The translations under genes were made by a program, and so were the position numbers. Below the pieces are notes generated by a model that did no database searches, was not told the DNA's origin, and saw nothing but the letters and a program-made list of their open reading frames with translations. Shown here piece after piece: positions 1 through 14,270 of a stretch of 64,000 nucleotides of DNA (its first letter is position 1; every line of letters starts with the position of its first letter). This DNA comes from the human T2T-CHM13v2.0 reference genome, Homo sapiens, in the NCBI GenBank assembly GCA_009914755.4, contig CP068257.2, positions 13,056,001 to 13,120,000 of the forward strand, written 5' to 3'.

Positions 1-128
1 GTCTGGTGCTTTGCAAAGCAACATGACATCTTTACACTTCTACAATGCAAGGAAAAGAAGATTAATTAGCCCTAGTTACTGTCTAGAGGTCAAACACACA
101 AGACCCGTTGGTTCTAGAGTAGGAGCAT

Positions 129-302
129 GTAGAGGTTTCCAAACAATGATGTATATTAGAATTTCCAGGGGACTTGTTTAAAATGAGGATAAAGTCCCAT
201 CTTCCAGAGACTCTGATTCAGAAGTCTATGGCAGGGCTCAGGCATCTGCATACCACATAATGTTGCAAGGGGATCATGGCCCACATTCTTTGAATCTACA
301 CT
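129..302 (+). mobile_element. MER5-like non-autonomous hAT (Charlie-type) MITE fragment
   Basis: Carries the motifs '...atcagaatttccagggg...ctgattcagaagtct...ggcatctgcat...' that I recall as the MER5A consensus ('cagtggttctcaaac...gattcagtaggtctgggg...tgcatttctaacaag...gagaaccactg'). Diverged. Family assignment is from memory. Confidence 0.4.
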
Positions 303-1114
303 GTATCTAAAGTCCAGTCACTTAAGACCATTTCTACTACTGGTCAGTTCCCTTAATGGCCATTTTATCTAATATTCAACTTGCTTTTGACTAGTTTTAT
401 GTTTATTTGACTGTCTTCTTTTTCATCTTGTCCTTTTTTCAACTTTAAGAATTTCAAAAAGAATGGAGGAAGATGGGAAGAGAGAGAGAGAAAGAGAGTT
501 TCATCTTGCCTAATTTTATTCATCTGATATGTTTTCTGTATTTTATGAATAATGATAATATATTTCTAATTTTTACATTATTTATGTGTTTGCATTGAAA
601 ACTAGTTTTAACTAGGCTTTTGGGAGACACTTCCTTAAAAATAATATTTCCAGCAATATTAATTTATTGATAATACATAAAACATAAATTATAATCATTA
701 TGCAATGAGCATAATGATCCCTAAAGAAAATGTAGTCAATTTGTCAAATATTAATTTGGTTTAGGAGATGCTTTCTGTTAATGAGCTTATTATATGGATG
801 ATGTCAAAAATAGCTTCTTCTTTCCTGTAAAAAACCTTTGGATTTTCATAGTAAATGAAGACATACAGATCCCCCCACACATCTTCCTGACAAGATTTAC
901 ACTGAGGGCTAGAAAGAGAGCACAAAGAGAGGATATGGTGAGAAGGAATTGTAGGTTATTGGAGAGCAAATTTTCCTTCTTGACAGCTTGCCTAGGACTT
1001 GCACTGTGACCCTGTTTGTACTAAGCTCTTAAGCAGTTCTTCTGAACAATTGATAATGAAGGGTGAAATAACTCCAGGAATATTGCAAGTAATGTCTTTT
1101 ATACATACGTATAC

Positions 1115-1121
<7 letters not shown>

Positions 1122-1146
<25 letters not shown>
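1122..1146. repeat. (TG)n / (CA)n dinucleotide microsatellite, ~12-13 units, preceded by an (ATAC)-like tract
   Basis: Direct read: 'atgtgtgtgtgtgtgtgtgtgtgtgtgtc'. Confidence 0.9.
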
Positions 1147-2629
1147 CTAAAGTAACTGTTAACAACTTTTTTCTAGCAAAAGCCAATGCCTTATGTTGTT
1201 CATCTTGACAAATTCAAAAAAAAGACAATATTTACATATCAAAGATAGTACCTTACTTGCAAAGAGGCCTGTTTCTCCAGATACCTTTTTTAACCCCTTT
1301 GGATGAGATTTTTATTGTCAAGTTTATTGGACACCAGCTTTTCTACAAGCACGTTGTATTTTATTCATTCAGCAGGAATTGTACCAATTAAACTTGCCTT
1401 ACAACTTTTTGCATTATGGTTGGACTTGGTGATTGGCATTAAAAATATATACTTTACAGCTTTTATTATACATAAGCTAGATAAATTGTTAATGCTTTAG
1501 AACTCTCTAGGCAATATGAATGATGGAGATTTCTGTGCTATCCTTGATAAAGTTGAGGATACAGAAAGCAGTTTTAATCCTCTTTTTATACTCTGCCTGT
1601 CTGCCTGTGGAACAAGTTCAGGGAGCTGCTGTTTAGCAGGAACGGAGCCACAGACTTAATTTTCAAAGCCAGATAAAAGTACATGGTCATATATTCTAAA
1701 TCTACTTAAAATATAAAATAACTAAATAAACTGACCTAACTAAAGTAATTGTTGTCCTTAAACAATGAATAAGAGTTTTTTTGTTTTTTGTTTTTTTTTT
1801 GTATTTTTTTTTAAGGCTGAATTCAGGCCAGGTAAAATTTCCATTTGTTTGCATTGTTGTTGTCCAAAGTGCCAATGTTTTGTAAAATTTTAGTCTTTCA
1901 TTAAAAATAAACCACTATTTTTTATGCAAGAAGGGACAATGATAAATATAGCCAGAGGCAATCTTTTAATTGTACCTTAAGTGTTCTGTCACCTATCCCT
2001 AATGTCTTCACTTCAGCTTTACACCTTGGATTCTATTCAACCAGATGCATTTTTTCTTCTAATTATAATCAAGATGTGTCTACATGAAGTGGAAAATGTG
2101 AACAATTATTTAGATTGTTCAAAAAAAAAATAAAAGCACATTTCAACTGAAAACATGCCAGTAATTGGAGTAGAATGAAGTATTTTTGAGATGAGAATTC
2201 TTTGAATCTTACATTTGTAAATAGTTTCTCTTCATTTTAAATTTCTTATAGTTTGTGGCTTTGTGGATCTGGCTACAGACCTTTTTAAAGTCATCGGGAG
2301 GGCATTTTTGCTTACAAACATAGCAAGTTATCTATGCCTTTAAACCTCTACTCTCAGAAAAGTGAAGGTTTCTGAGAATGCATGGCAAGTATGCTTTACA
2401 TACCTTGTTGGCAATGTTCACAGAAATAAAGCTTTGGTCAAAGGAACCAGTTTCTCTTTGGCATACAGATGAATGACATTCAGAGGCATCCTTTACATAA
2501 GAAGACATAAAATTTTCTGTACCTGACAATCCCCCAAATTACCACCCTTGTGTCTCATTCCTTCAGAACCCTGTGGGGGTGATCCATTTCTTAACTTCTG
2601 GTCCTCTTATTCCACACTTCCTGGTGTTC

Positions 2630-2790
2630 TGTTTTAGACCAGTGTTTGCAGTGTAATATCCACCTAGTACTTGTTAGAAATATGGAGTGTTGGGTCCCAT
2701 CTCAAACCTACCAAATCAAAACCTGTATTTTAATAAGATCATCAGATATTTGTGAGGACATTAGCATTTGAGAATCTTGGGATTAGATCT
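2630..2790 (-). mobile_element. MER5-like hAT MITE fragment (inverted relative to the copy at 129-302)
   Basis: The reverse complement carries '...gattctcaaatgctaatgtcctcacaaatatctgatg...ttctaacaagtactaggtgg...', matching the MER5 motif order. Confidence 0.4.
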
Positions 2791-2877
2791 CAGTAAGCCA
2801 TAATGTGACCGACTGTCTGCTAATTAAACCACACTCATACTGGATATTCAGCAAAGGGCCTCCTCATACTCATGTAG

Positions 2878-3366
<489 letters not shown>

Positions 3367-5094
3367 AGGAAAGGGTTTTTAATTTGCTCTCTAAACCATG
3401 TGATGTAGGCAGCAATTCACCCTATCCACATGCGAGGAATGTGTTGTTTATATCCACTTTCCTTATAGAGGAAATAAACTGGTCATAACTCATGGGCAAT
3501 TCTCTTATATTGTAGACCAGTCTTAACAGTACTTTTCAGAATCATTTCTCTGCACAGACTTTAATGAAGACTAGCCTGCGTTTCTCCATGTTGATTCTGA
3601 AATGCTCAATAGAATTCTTCTCTAGGTTCTTAGACCAAACATACTTTTGATGTACAGAAGACTACTATTTCTACTTTAGGAACATGACAAGTAATTATTT
3701 ATTAAAGTAGTGAAAATAATTCTGTCAAGAACAATTCATTCTCACTTTGCCCAAGCTGAATGAATATAGATAAGTCTATGGCGGTCCCCTTCATCCTTAC
3801 ACCTGAATACTTCCTGAAAATATTTTCTCTCATCTTCGTTAGGGAAAAAAATATTCAATAGACACGTGTTAAAAATGGTAAAGCCGATTTTATTCAGAGG
3901 GAGACTGTTTTGATAGGTGTAGGGCTCATTGGAATGGGCCTTTGCAATGGGGGGAGAGATTTGGCTCAACTCTAAATATAACAAGAAAAAGTGGGAATTT
4001 ATAGCCAAAGATTAAGATGGAGGCCAGTACATAGAAAATTACTGAAAGAAAACATAAGGGTAAAGAGGAAATTCTGGCTAAACCAACCACACAGGATCCT
4101 TCCTGAAGACAGGCTAGGATGTTCAGACACCACCTTGGGGAGGGTGAAGGATAAAGAATTTGATCAGAAATCAAGGGTGGTGAGATACATGTTAAGGATG
4201 AATAAACTGGCCTTTTAGGATTCTTGCTAAAATTAGACAATGCAGAGGCAACCACAGAGTCCAAGAGTTAAGGCCTAGTTGAAAAAGAGTTGAGAGAAGC
4301 TTGAGTAATGTTTGAACAAGGAGATAATCTCTGTTATTTCTCCCTCTCCATTGTCATAGTCTGAGTTGTAATATAGACTATTACAATAGTCTCCTCATTG
4401 GTCACTCAGACTCTGGTTATAGTCTTTCTTCACTCATCACACTGTCGAAAATATACATCTAACTATGTCATACTCTATTCAGAATTATTCAATGTCTCTC
4501 ACATTGTCCCCACAATGATACACAGGCTCCTCCTTAGGAAGCCATGCAAGGGTTTGCTTGGTGAGGTCATTGCCTTCTTGCTCAGTCTCATAGTCCCTTC
4601 CTAGTCTTTCTCCAGAAATAAGTTACTTTATAAGCTCTACTATGCCTTGATTCTTTTGTCTAGGATATTCTCAAACTTTCCTGCCTTTAAATACTACTCA
4701 TTCATTAAGTTTCAATTCAAACATTGCTTCTGTGAAGTTATTCTTAGTGTACTCCAGAAAAGTTAAATTATCTTCCTACATTTTTGTTGGACTTTACATA
4801 TCCCTTTACTATAGCATATATTTTTGTAACTGTCAATGAACTAGACTTTCAATATTCTGAGGGCAACAAAAAATGTTTTCCCCTTAATTCCAATTTTCTG
4901 GCAAAAGGGAGAATATAAAAGGTCAATAAATATTATAGATTGACTGAATAAAATGCATTTAGGTAATAATTCATTTGGATGAAGATAATAGATTCTTAGA
5001 GATTGGGAAATGGGAATTGAAATACCAAATTTCTATCTACAAATATGTATTCAACAAGTATATACAGTGGCACATAGAGAGAGAACTCTACACT

Positions 5095-5250
5095 TGATGC
5101 TGGATAGGACATATAAATTCATTCAACACGTACTTATTTAGCGTTTACTTCACATCAGCACTATTCTGGGTATTTCAGAAACATTGCTGAAAGATATAAT
5201 TTCTATCCTAAATGACTGCATGGAATTGAACTCAAGACTTCGTTTGTCAT
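5095..5250 (-). mobile_element. L2 LINE 3'-end fragment (antisense)
   Basis: 'cattcaacacgtacttatttagcgtttacttcacatcagcactattctgggtatttcag' is the reverse complement of the L2/MIR 3' terminus '...cctggcacatagtaggtgctcaataaatatttgttgaatgaatg'. Confidence 0.4.
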
Positions 5251-6890
5251 AATCTGGCCAACTCTCTCTTAATTCAAATTATCTGAATTCAAATTAAGAA
5301 TATAAGAGAGGACTCTTTCAATTCATTTACCTTTTAGCAGCATAGTATAATGCTTCTCAAACTTCAGTGTGCATATGGATGCAGATTCTGATTTAGAGGC
5401 CCTCAAGTGATGCCCATGCTACTGGTCTATAAGCCACAATTTTATTACCAAGGGTTTAAGGTTCAATAACAATGCCGACCCTTCCTAGGAATGAACCTCC
5501 CTTACATTACCAAAGCTCCAGAGTGTACTTATTAAGTCCCTCTGATCCATGGGTCAGGGTGGGGTAAACATGGAGTAAAGCTAAATATGTGGGGTGCTAT
5601 GCCAGGAAAATCTAGAGACAATACTTTCTAAGAAATTTGTGTGGTTTATCTGCCTCTAAATGGAGGCAAGGAAATAAAGAAGAAGAGGTCCTTGGATGAT
5701 ATTGGAAGTTGTTTCAAAAAGTTGCAGTAGCAACTCTCAGGAAGTAAAAGCTGGCCACAACCTGGCCTAAGTGATGGAGAAACGAGGATCTCTAGTGAAA
5801 AACTTACTTTGAATAGATATATCCTTGCCCAGCTTCTGTAGGACAAAGCTGTATGTAGATTCCTTTGCATTTTTCACAATACTTAGGATAGTGTTCCACA
5901 TAGAGGCTACATATATGTGGAATTAATGAATGAATGAATTGTCTTTATTTTACAAGATAATTGGAAGCTTTCAGGATATAAGTGAATTGTCTGACCTATT
6001 AATTATGGAAGAATGTTTACACTTTTGTTGAAATGCTATTGTTAAGCATTGAGTTACACCGGCTTGTGTAGTATAAAAAGATTTAAGAAAAGTACACATC
6101 AAATAAGCTGCCTTTTCACTGCCTGGGAAAGCTGTCATATAAGCATTGTGGTTTTCATGTTCTGTGGTGGTTGTCTGCCACAGTCCAGCAGAAGTTTAAC
6201 AGTAAATAATGTTAAGCATGTGAACTGGTCGGGGGGGTGGCATTTGCATTTATATCTCATATGGTTTGTTGCCCAAGCAGAATTGAGTGGCTACATTTTT
6301 CTATTTTTTGATGTCTTATTTTGTTAATCATTCCAAACACATTTGTTCCATTCCATAAAAATGAGCAGCTTACCTTCTACCTTTGTGAAATTACTGTTAA
6401 TCATTCTCTAATGTCTGCATTATCCCATTTAAACCGTTCCCCTGTGGTTTTACAATTCCTTCTGCTCACTAATCCAACAGGAGGAATGATGTGCAAACAA
6501 GCAAATATAGAGAAACAAATAGGTTTTCTTGTGAATCGTCCTTATAAGCCTCATCAGCGACATTAGAGTTTCTCAAAATGTTATTTAAGAATCAAATAAA
6601 TCTATAGATAAAGCATTCAAGCCAGTGGGCTTGAAATTAATCCAGGTGATGATATAAGCTCAATATAAAATAGAGGATGCTTTTATATCCATGAATCATC
6701 CCCGCTTCCTGCACCTAGCCTTAATCTTGACTGATAGAACCACATTCTTAAAACTTGACTATAGTGAAATAATAGTCAGCAACATGTGAGGCATATAATG
6801 GAAAGGGAAAATGCATATAATTTCCTAAGACTTACATCCCCATTGCTAGCCAAACTTACATCAAATGATAAAGGCCTGGGTATCTCCATG

Positions 6891-7238
6891 TGTATTAGTC
6901 TGTTCACTGCTAATAAAGACATACCCAAGACTGGGTAATTTATAAAGGAAAGGGCTTTCCTCCACATGGCTGAGGAGGCCTCACAGTCATGTCAGAAATC
7001 AGAGGAAAAGCAAGACACATCATACATGGCAGCAGGCAAGAGAGAGCTTGTTCAGGGGAACTCCCATTTATAAACCATCAGATCTCATGAGACTTATTCA
7101 CTACCATGAGAATGGTATGGGGTAATCCGGTAATCCACCCCTATGATTCAATTGTCTCTACCTGGCCCCATCCTTGACACGTGGGGATTATTAAAATTCA
7201 AGGTGAGATTTGGGTGGGGACAGAGCCAAACCATATCA
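6891..7238 (-). mobile_element. Solo LTR of the THE1 class (ERVL-MaLR), antisense
   Basis: Begins 'tgtattagtctg...ctgggtaatttataaagg' and ends '...gatttgggtggggacagagccaaaccatatca'. This is the reverse complement of the THE1 LTR consensus 'tgatatggtttggctgtgtccccacccaaatctcatc...'. About 348 bp. Confidence 0.85.
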
Positions 7239-7589
7239 CTATGTAATTGTTACATGAGCAAGCCCATCAATAAATATTGGCACATATCTGCATTGAAGAT
7301 AAAAACATCCAATCAGCTGGCTATTTCTGAATATTTGATGTTACACAAGTAAAATATTCAGATATTCAACTGCAGTTTATCATTCTCATGTATGTTCCAT
7401 ACTTTGTATATAGCACTTGGATATGCATTTTGGACCAATATTTTATTTGGCTTTCTGGAATTATATAACTGTAATGTTGTATATCCATGGTCATGTCACA
7501 TTAATTTTTATGAGTAAATACTACAATTTATCTGATTGGTAAATTAGAGATAAGCATGATCAGGGTTATATTGGCCCCATTTAGATGCT

Positions 7590-7672
7590 AAACCAGTATT
7601 ATCTGATAACAATTCACTGAACCAGTATTATTTGATAACAATACAAGCCAATACTATCTGATAACAATTCTG
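7590..7672. repeat. Tandem repeat, ~28-bp unit x3 ('aaccagtattatctgataacaattc...')
   Basis: Direct read of three consecutive imperfect copies. Confidence 0.7.
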
Positions 7673-9834
7673 CTTCCTTTGCCAGCTTCTAAGATCTGGG
7701 GCTGGTGAAGGAAGCAGAATGGGAACACTGAGTGTACATCTCATTTGATACATTTCTTTCTATCCATCCTAAGGATATCAAGCACAATAAAAAAGAATGC
7801 AAAGATAATGAAACAAGAAGCTGACTAGCTGCCCAAAGTAACAATATCAAGTTCTGAAATAAAACCTTTCTCTGCTCCATCAGTTAGGATAGAAGCAACT
7901 TTCCCTCTTCAATTATGCCACAATCCTAATTTCTCAATTTTGGTTCTACTTGTCTAGGGTCCTTGCAATGATGTCACTCTATCATTAAGTTCAATTGTGA
8001 CTGAGTGGGAAGGGAGAATATTTCCCAGTCACCTTCTCCTTGCCTTGTGGGAAGTCACAGAAGGATGTCAAATATTATCACATGGATTATGTCATGCTTC
8101 TGTCAGTTAGGCAGCCCACTTGACTACCATCATAGGAAAAGTTGATCGAAATATACATTAAACCATGGTTAATTTTTGCCTTCACTGTATATGCAATACC
8201 GATACAAGATACACATGTAGGCTGAAGACTCCTTCATCTTCAATGGTGTCCTTAATTGTGATGTTCTTTTTTTAACCTACAGCACCATTGATACAAACCC
8301 TTATACTCCTGCTCTTATTTCTACTGAAATATTTTATAGACAACCCTTTTCTATGATTTATACCTCATTATAAAATCAAATTTCTAGGCTGTCAGAAAGA
8401 AATTGAGTGCAGCAAAGTAGGAACTAGTTCTGTGACATACTGAGATGGCATATCAGCTTGGAGGCATAAGTCCCAAAGCAGAAAGTGGGAATTATAGATA
8501 CCACCTACATTCATTCATAAATAGGAGAAGAAATAATGATGGTACAGAACAGTGATTTTCAAGTCATAATGCAAGAGATTCTTAATAGTATTTTAAATTT
8601 TAAAAAATGGATTTATGATTGAAGCTATCAAAATTTACCAGAGCTCATTTCCCTCTTGCACTATAAATTATTATAACATTTATCTTATTGAAAAACACAG
8701 ATATTAATTAGTTATAAAATGAAATCCAGTGACTCAACTCTCTTCAGAAGGAGGGTCTACCAGTGTCCTTAAAGCTCTACTACTAATCATGATAACACTA
8801 GTTATTTTTGCTGTTTGAACTTTGACCTGTTCTTTTGACCAGTTCAAGGAGATATGTGAGCACAGCATGTAACACTGATTTGTACCTAATTATAAATCAA
8901 AGTTTCTTAAATCATTTACATAAATTTGTATAATGTGGAAAGAACTAAAAGTTAGACTTATGAGCTTCGCAAATCATTTCTTCTACCTTAACTCTTTATT
9001 AATGTGTCTCTTTTTTAAAAAAGAATCAACGGATTCTTCTTTGACTCAACACTCTCCACTTCTCACACTCTAACCCTCAGCGTCTAACAAACTGCTTTCA
9101 AGTGTTCAGGAAATGTATGTAATGAGTGTATGTGTGAGTGCATTGGTGTATATGCGTGTTTCCTTCTCATTGATGAGAAAGGGTATAGAATGCTCATCAC
9201 TAGAGAGCTTCATGAAGCGAATAAAACCCCTGTTTCCTATGATGTTATTATTCCCCTCAGGAGCTTAGGCCAGATGATCTCTTAGAGTCGTTTTTTGATC
9301 TATAACTCAGTGATCAGTGAGCCAGCTTTAGGTCATCCTGTACTCTTTAGTACACAACACTATTGCTCAAGAGTACTATATGGTGCCCTTGGGCCCTGAA
9401 AAACTTAATGTACAACTCTAAGAGTCTAAATTACTGCCAGGGAGTGATGTAGGTAGTGAAAATAAATTCCATTAATATCTTGCTAAGTGGTTAATCAGCA
9501 AGTCAAATAATAATAATAAAACGTTAGATCTGTTTTCTCATTCTGTCCTTTATGGACAGAAAGAATACCTGTTAGGTGTGTTCCTCTTAAACAGCCTTTA
9601 ATAAATTTTAAAGTAGTGATCAAGACTTCCCTTGGGTTTCTTATCTCTAAACTAAATAAACCCTATTCCTTTCATCTTTACAAGTAAGATCCGTTTTCAT
9701 CCCTTTAATCATTTTCATTGTTCTCGCCAATGTTCTCTTCAATTTATTCACATCTTTATAAATGTGATGAACAATAATATTTATCTGAAGAAGTACTAGA
9801 ATATAATTTGGATGTTCCTTCTTGACTATTTTTT

Positions 9835-10135
9835 GTTTGTTTGTTTTTGCTTTTTTTTTTTTTTTTTTGAAACGGAGTCTCTCTCTGTCACCCAGGCTGA
9901 TCTGGTCTCACTGCAAGCTCCGCCTCCCAGGTTCACGCCATTCTACTGCCTCAGCCTCCCGAGTAGCTGGGACTACAGGTGCCCACCACCACGCCTGGCT
10001 AATTTTTTGTATTTTTTAGTAGAGACGGGGTTTCACCGTGTTAGCCAGGATAGTCTTGATCTCCTGACCTCGTGATCCTCCTGCCTCTGCCTCCCAAAGT
10101 GCTGGGATTACAGGCGTGAGCCACTTTGCCTGGCC
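9835..10135 (-). mobile_element. Alu SINE (antisense), with an internal deletion in the right arm
   Basis: Poly-T head followed by 'gaaacggagtctctctctgtcacccaggctg...ggcgtgagccactttgcctggcc'. TSD 'cttgactattttt' / 'cttgactgtattttt' at both flanks. Confidence 0.93.
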
Positions 10136-11689
10136 CTTGACTGTATTTTTAAATGACACCTTAATCTTAATAAAGAGATTAATGCCAAAATCATAAATGG
10201 AAAATCTAGAGATTTTATAATGACTGATTGCAATTATGGGCAACCATTCTAGCCAGTTAAGAGAGTATTCGAACACTCTCTGGTTTGCACATCAAGTTTA
10301 CAAACCAAGGTCTGTTTAAAGATAACAGTTTTGGTAACAGAGTATTTTGCTAACTACAGGAAGGTAGGGAAGTTCAAGCAGCAATATTAGATAATCTACT
10401 AGAATAAAGGATTATAAAAACATACATACAAGTTTTCCAATTCAGAGATCAACTATTTGTGCTTAACCATTCTAGGCTTCTCCCTTAGTAATTGGATCTC
10501 TCTCTGAAAGAATCCTGAATCTAACAAAAATGCACAAAATCTAATGTATTCTTCTCTGTTAATATGGTACCACAGCTTGGTACTTCTTACTTTCATAGTT
10601 TTATTAAGTTTATCAATAATGTGGCCAATTGGAAATGACCACTAATGCAGTTAAAATAAGACAAAACAAATACAAGAGTCAAATGGAGGAGAGTCCCATG
10701 ACTCACATTCTCATTCAGTTGCCGGTTGTTTTTTGTTCTCTCTTGTACTAGTATTCCCTGAAAGGCAGGAAATACTAGTCCTCTGAACATATCCAGCCTC
10801 CCTAAGGAAAGTGACAAAAGACCACTACAGAACTATGTGCTCTATAAACCAATGCCTAGGATCAGAATGTCAGAACAAATTCATCCAAACTTGTTTATCT
10901 TTTCATTTGTGAGACTCAGGTATACTCAAAGTTCCACACCACTTATTACAATCCCTCTTCTTCCGAAGGGTAGAGTTAATTTTAAAGTTGGATGCATCAT
11001 TTAGCACTGTTATTTCCAAAGACAGTTTACCAGAATATGGCCACACTGAAGTCTGCTGTTGGCAAGAAGAGAGGAAAGGAAAGCCAGTCAATAAAGACCA
11101 AAAACAGTTGTTCCCATCCTTCTACCCAGTTCATGTCTCTTTACTACTGTGATACATTCTAATCTCTTTGGCAACATAATTATGTTGTATTAATGCATAG
11201 TAATCTCAATCACTTCAAAAAGTTCTCTAGCTCTTGAACTTATCACCTTCATTATCAATGCAAGAAAGAACTTGAGGCAAAAGCAGTCAACGAGAGAAAG
11301 AAAGTCACTGGCTTACTTCCATAATGCTGAGCATGATGCCATAAGTTTTATTTGCATAAGGACATTTGATTCTTCTTAGAAGAATGGCAAAGAAAACTTT
11401 GCAGGACAAATCATTGAATCTCCACCAAGAGGAGAGATTAGAAACAGTCTGAATACTATGAGGAAAATAACCCAGATGGTAGGTGAAAATCAAAGGAACT
11501 GACATATATCCTGGGGCAACAGCTGTGGTCAGATCAGACAGATACTATTTATATGTCACTGAGGAAAGACACAGACATATTTATGTACTTAAGCCCAAAG
11601 GAATGTAAAGCTACCCTTGACCTTAATGAAAAGAGCTGTAATTCTTTTGGTGTTCCATAGTAAAATTAGTGGTCAACACAAGTTTTGTT

Positions 11690-12800
11690 GGCAATGTTAC
11701 ATAACCACACTTATGTAGATCATAATAACTGTTGAAAGATGAGCATTCAGAAATAACTTATTATGTACAAGAGATATGCATTAAGATTAACAGCTAAATT
11801 ATTCAGAAACCATGGAGGCCGGAAGGCACTGGGATGACATATTCAAACTTCTGAAAGTAAAAGAGTGTCAGTCAAGAAGTCTGTATCCAGCAAACCTACT
11901 TTTCAAATATAAGTAAGAAATTAAGACTATCCCAGATAAACAAAACCTGAGATAATTTATTACTATTCCACAAGAAATACTAAAGAGAGTCCCTCAGGCT
12001 GAAATAAAAGGACACTAGATAGTAATGTGAATTCACATGAAGCAATAAAAAGCCCTGGTTAAGGTAACTATATAGGTAAATATCAAAGAGAGTATGTATT
12101 TGGTATGTTTAAATTTTTTCTTCTCCTATTTAATTTAAAAGATAACTATGCAAAGCAATAATTATAAAACTCAGTTGATGGGTTTATAATGTATAAAGAT
12201 ATAACTTCATGATAATCCCAGAAAGGAAAGTGAGGGAACAGAGCCAAATAAGAGCAGTTTTTTATACTATTGAAATTAAAAAGACACTAATCTTTTTCAC
12301 TTCCCCTCAAGATGACACTATTCTTAACTAGATTATTGTAAATTAAGTGTTCTTTGTAATCTTCAGGAAATCACTAAGAAAGTGAATCAAAAAAATAATG
12401 AAATAAATGACAGGAGAATTAAAATGGTACACTAGAAAATATCTACTTAACACAAAAGAATGCAGTAATATAGGCATAAAGGAGCAAGAAGACATAGAAA
12501 ACCACTACCAAAACATCAGACATAAATCCTACCATATTAGTAATTACATTAAAGGTAAATGGAATAAATAGTGCAATAAAAAGTTAGAGATTGGGAGATG
12601 GACCAAAAAAAGAGATCCACCTATCTGCTGTCTACAAAGACACTCTTTAGATTCAAAGACACAAATAGGTTGAAAATAAAAGGGCATACCATGTAAACAG
12701 TAACTAGAAGAAAGCTGGAGTGGCTATACTAATATCAGACAAAGCAGATTTTATTTGAAGTCATTCAAGGTAAAGAAGAAGCATGAAATATAATTCCTAA
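11690..12800 (+). mobile_element. L1 LINE fragment (older L1M/L1P type): ORF1 C-terminus, inter-ORF and ORF2 N-terminus (endonuclease start)
   Basis: Translation gives 'RLTAKLFRNHGGRKALG.HIQTSESKRVSVKKSVSSKPTFQI', aligning to L1 ORF1p '...IRLTADFSSETMEARRQWDDIFKVLKEKNCQPRILYPAKLSF'. Downstream 'LNSPIKR..W....DP.ICCLQETH' matches the ORF2 endonuclease N-terminus. Multiple stops and frameshifts. Confidence 0.8.
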
Positions 12801-12959
12801 GCTATTGATCACTTCATTCTACAGTAGTGGTTTAGAGACCAAGGAGCATCTGCCACCAATTCCTATCTCTTGATTATTGTCCCTTCTTTTGCTGTCACCT
12901 TGGAAACAGAGACTTCATAAACAGGTAAAATTGATTATACATTCTGTCTAAAATGTACT

Positions 12960-14270
12960 TGTGTTTATTTTATCTTTAAATAAAATTTGATTATAGTTTA
13001 GAATATAATGATCTTACTAAACAATCACTTATGTACACAAAATAATACAAAACAAATGTAAGCTCAATTAAGTGTGACACACTCATGTAACCAACACTCA
13101 GATTAAGAAATGGAACATTATCAGCATTCCAGGACCTACACTGTTATCCTCTCTTTCAGTCATTTTTTCCCTCAAAGGATAACCACTACCCAGACTTCTA
13201 ATGCAATTGGTAACTTTTGTCTGTTTCTAGATATTACATAATGTAATTGTATAGTACGTGCTTCTTTGTGTCTGGCTTCTTTCATTTGATTCCATGTTTA
13301 TACAGTACAACCATATTGAGACTGTAGTTCTAGTTTGCTCATCCTTTTTGCTGTATACAATTCCATTATGTGATTATACCATAATGTATTTATTAGTTCT
13401 ACAATGGAGAGACATTTGGTGGTTTCCAGATTGAGGCTATTATTAGTAATCCTGCTATGAATATTTTTGTAGATATCTTTTGGTGGATATATGCACACAT
13501 TTTTCTTGAATATCTGACTAGGATTAAAACTGTCAGGTCATACGATATACAAATGTTCGGCTTTAATTACTACTGTCAAATATTCCCCAACATAGTTGCA
13601 CTGATAGACACCCCACTAGCAATATATGACAGTTAGTTGCTCTATTTGCTCACTGATATTTCATTGTCTGTTTATCATTTTAGCCATTCTTATGGGCATG
13701 TAGTAGTATCAAATTATGATTTTTCATTTGCATTTCTCTAATGACTGACAAAGTTGGACACTGTATCATATGTTTACTAATCATTTCGAGATCTTCTTTT
13801 CTGGATGCTCATTTTTACATTTGGATTTTCTGCCTTTTACTTATTGATTTGCAAATATTTTTCCCAGTCTGTAGGTTGACTTTTGTTTTCCAAATGGTCT
13901 TCTTCGGTGAACAGATATTATTAAAATGGTAACAGTTATCATTATTTTTCTTTTGTAGTTATTGATTCTGGTCTTTCTTTAAGAAATATTTGCTTAATCA
14001 AGGATCTTTAATATATTCTTCTATACTTCTTCTAAAAGACTTATTGTTTTGCCTTTTACACAAGTCAGCATTTCATCTAGAATTTTTTTATGTGTAATGA
14101 GTGACATGTGTAGAGACCTATATTTAGATAAATATCCAATTGACTAAGCACCAGTTATAAAATGGTCATCTTTTCCCCCTTGACTTCTAGTAACACTTTT
14201 GTTGTTTAATTTCTTTCTCCTCTTTTATTTGGCCAACTCTAGTTCTAGAGATGTTATCTTGTAAGCATGG
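12960..14270 (-). mobile_element. L1M LINE fragment (antisense): ORF2 C-terminal region plus 3'UTR
   Basis: The track ORF 13298..13498(-), '...TKCLSIVELINTLWYNHIMELYTAKRMSKLELQ', resembles the decayed ORF2 C-terminus. An AT-rich 3'UTR-like sequence lies at the low-coordinate end. Approximate extent. Confidence 0.65.

Noticed and set aside
4340-4400. Near-palindrome 'tgtaatatagactattaca' with neighbouring direct repeats 'atagtct'
   Set aside because: The inverted arms are only 7 bp long around a 5-bp loop. That is too short to be meaningful without other evidence.
7590-7672. Short direct repeat arrays, here and at 43155-43206, considered as possible CRISPR-like or regulatory repeat arrays
   Set aside because: This is a eukaryotic genome. 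The arrays are simple 3-copy tandem duplications without spacers. They are consistent with replication-slippage microduplication.
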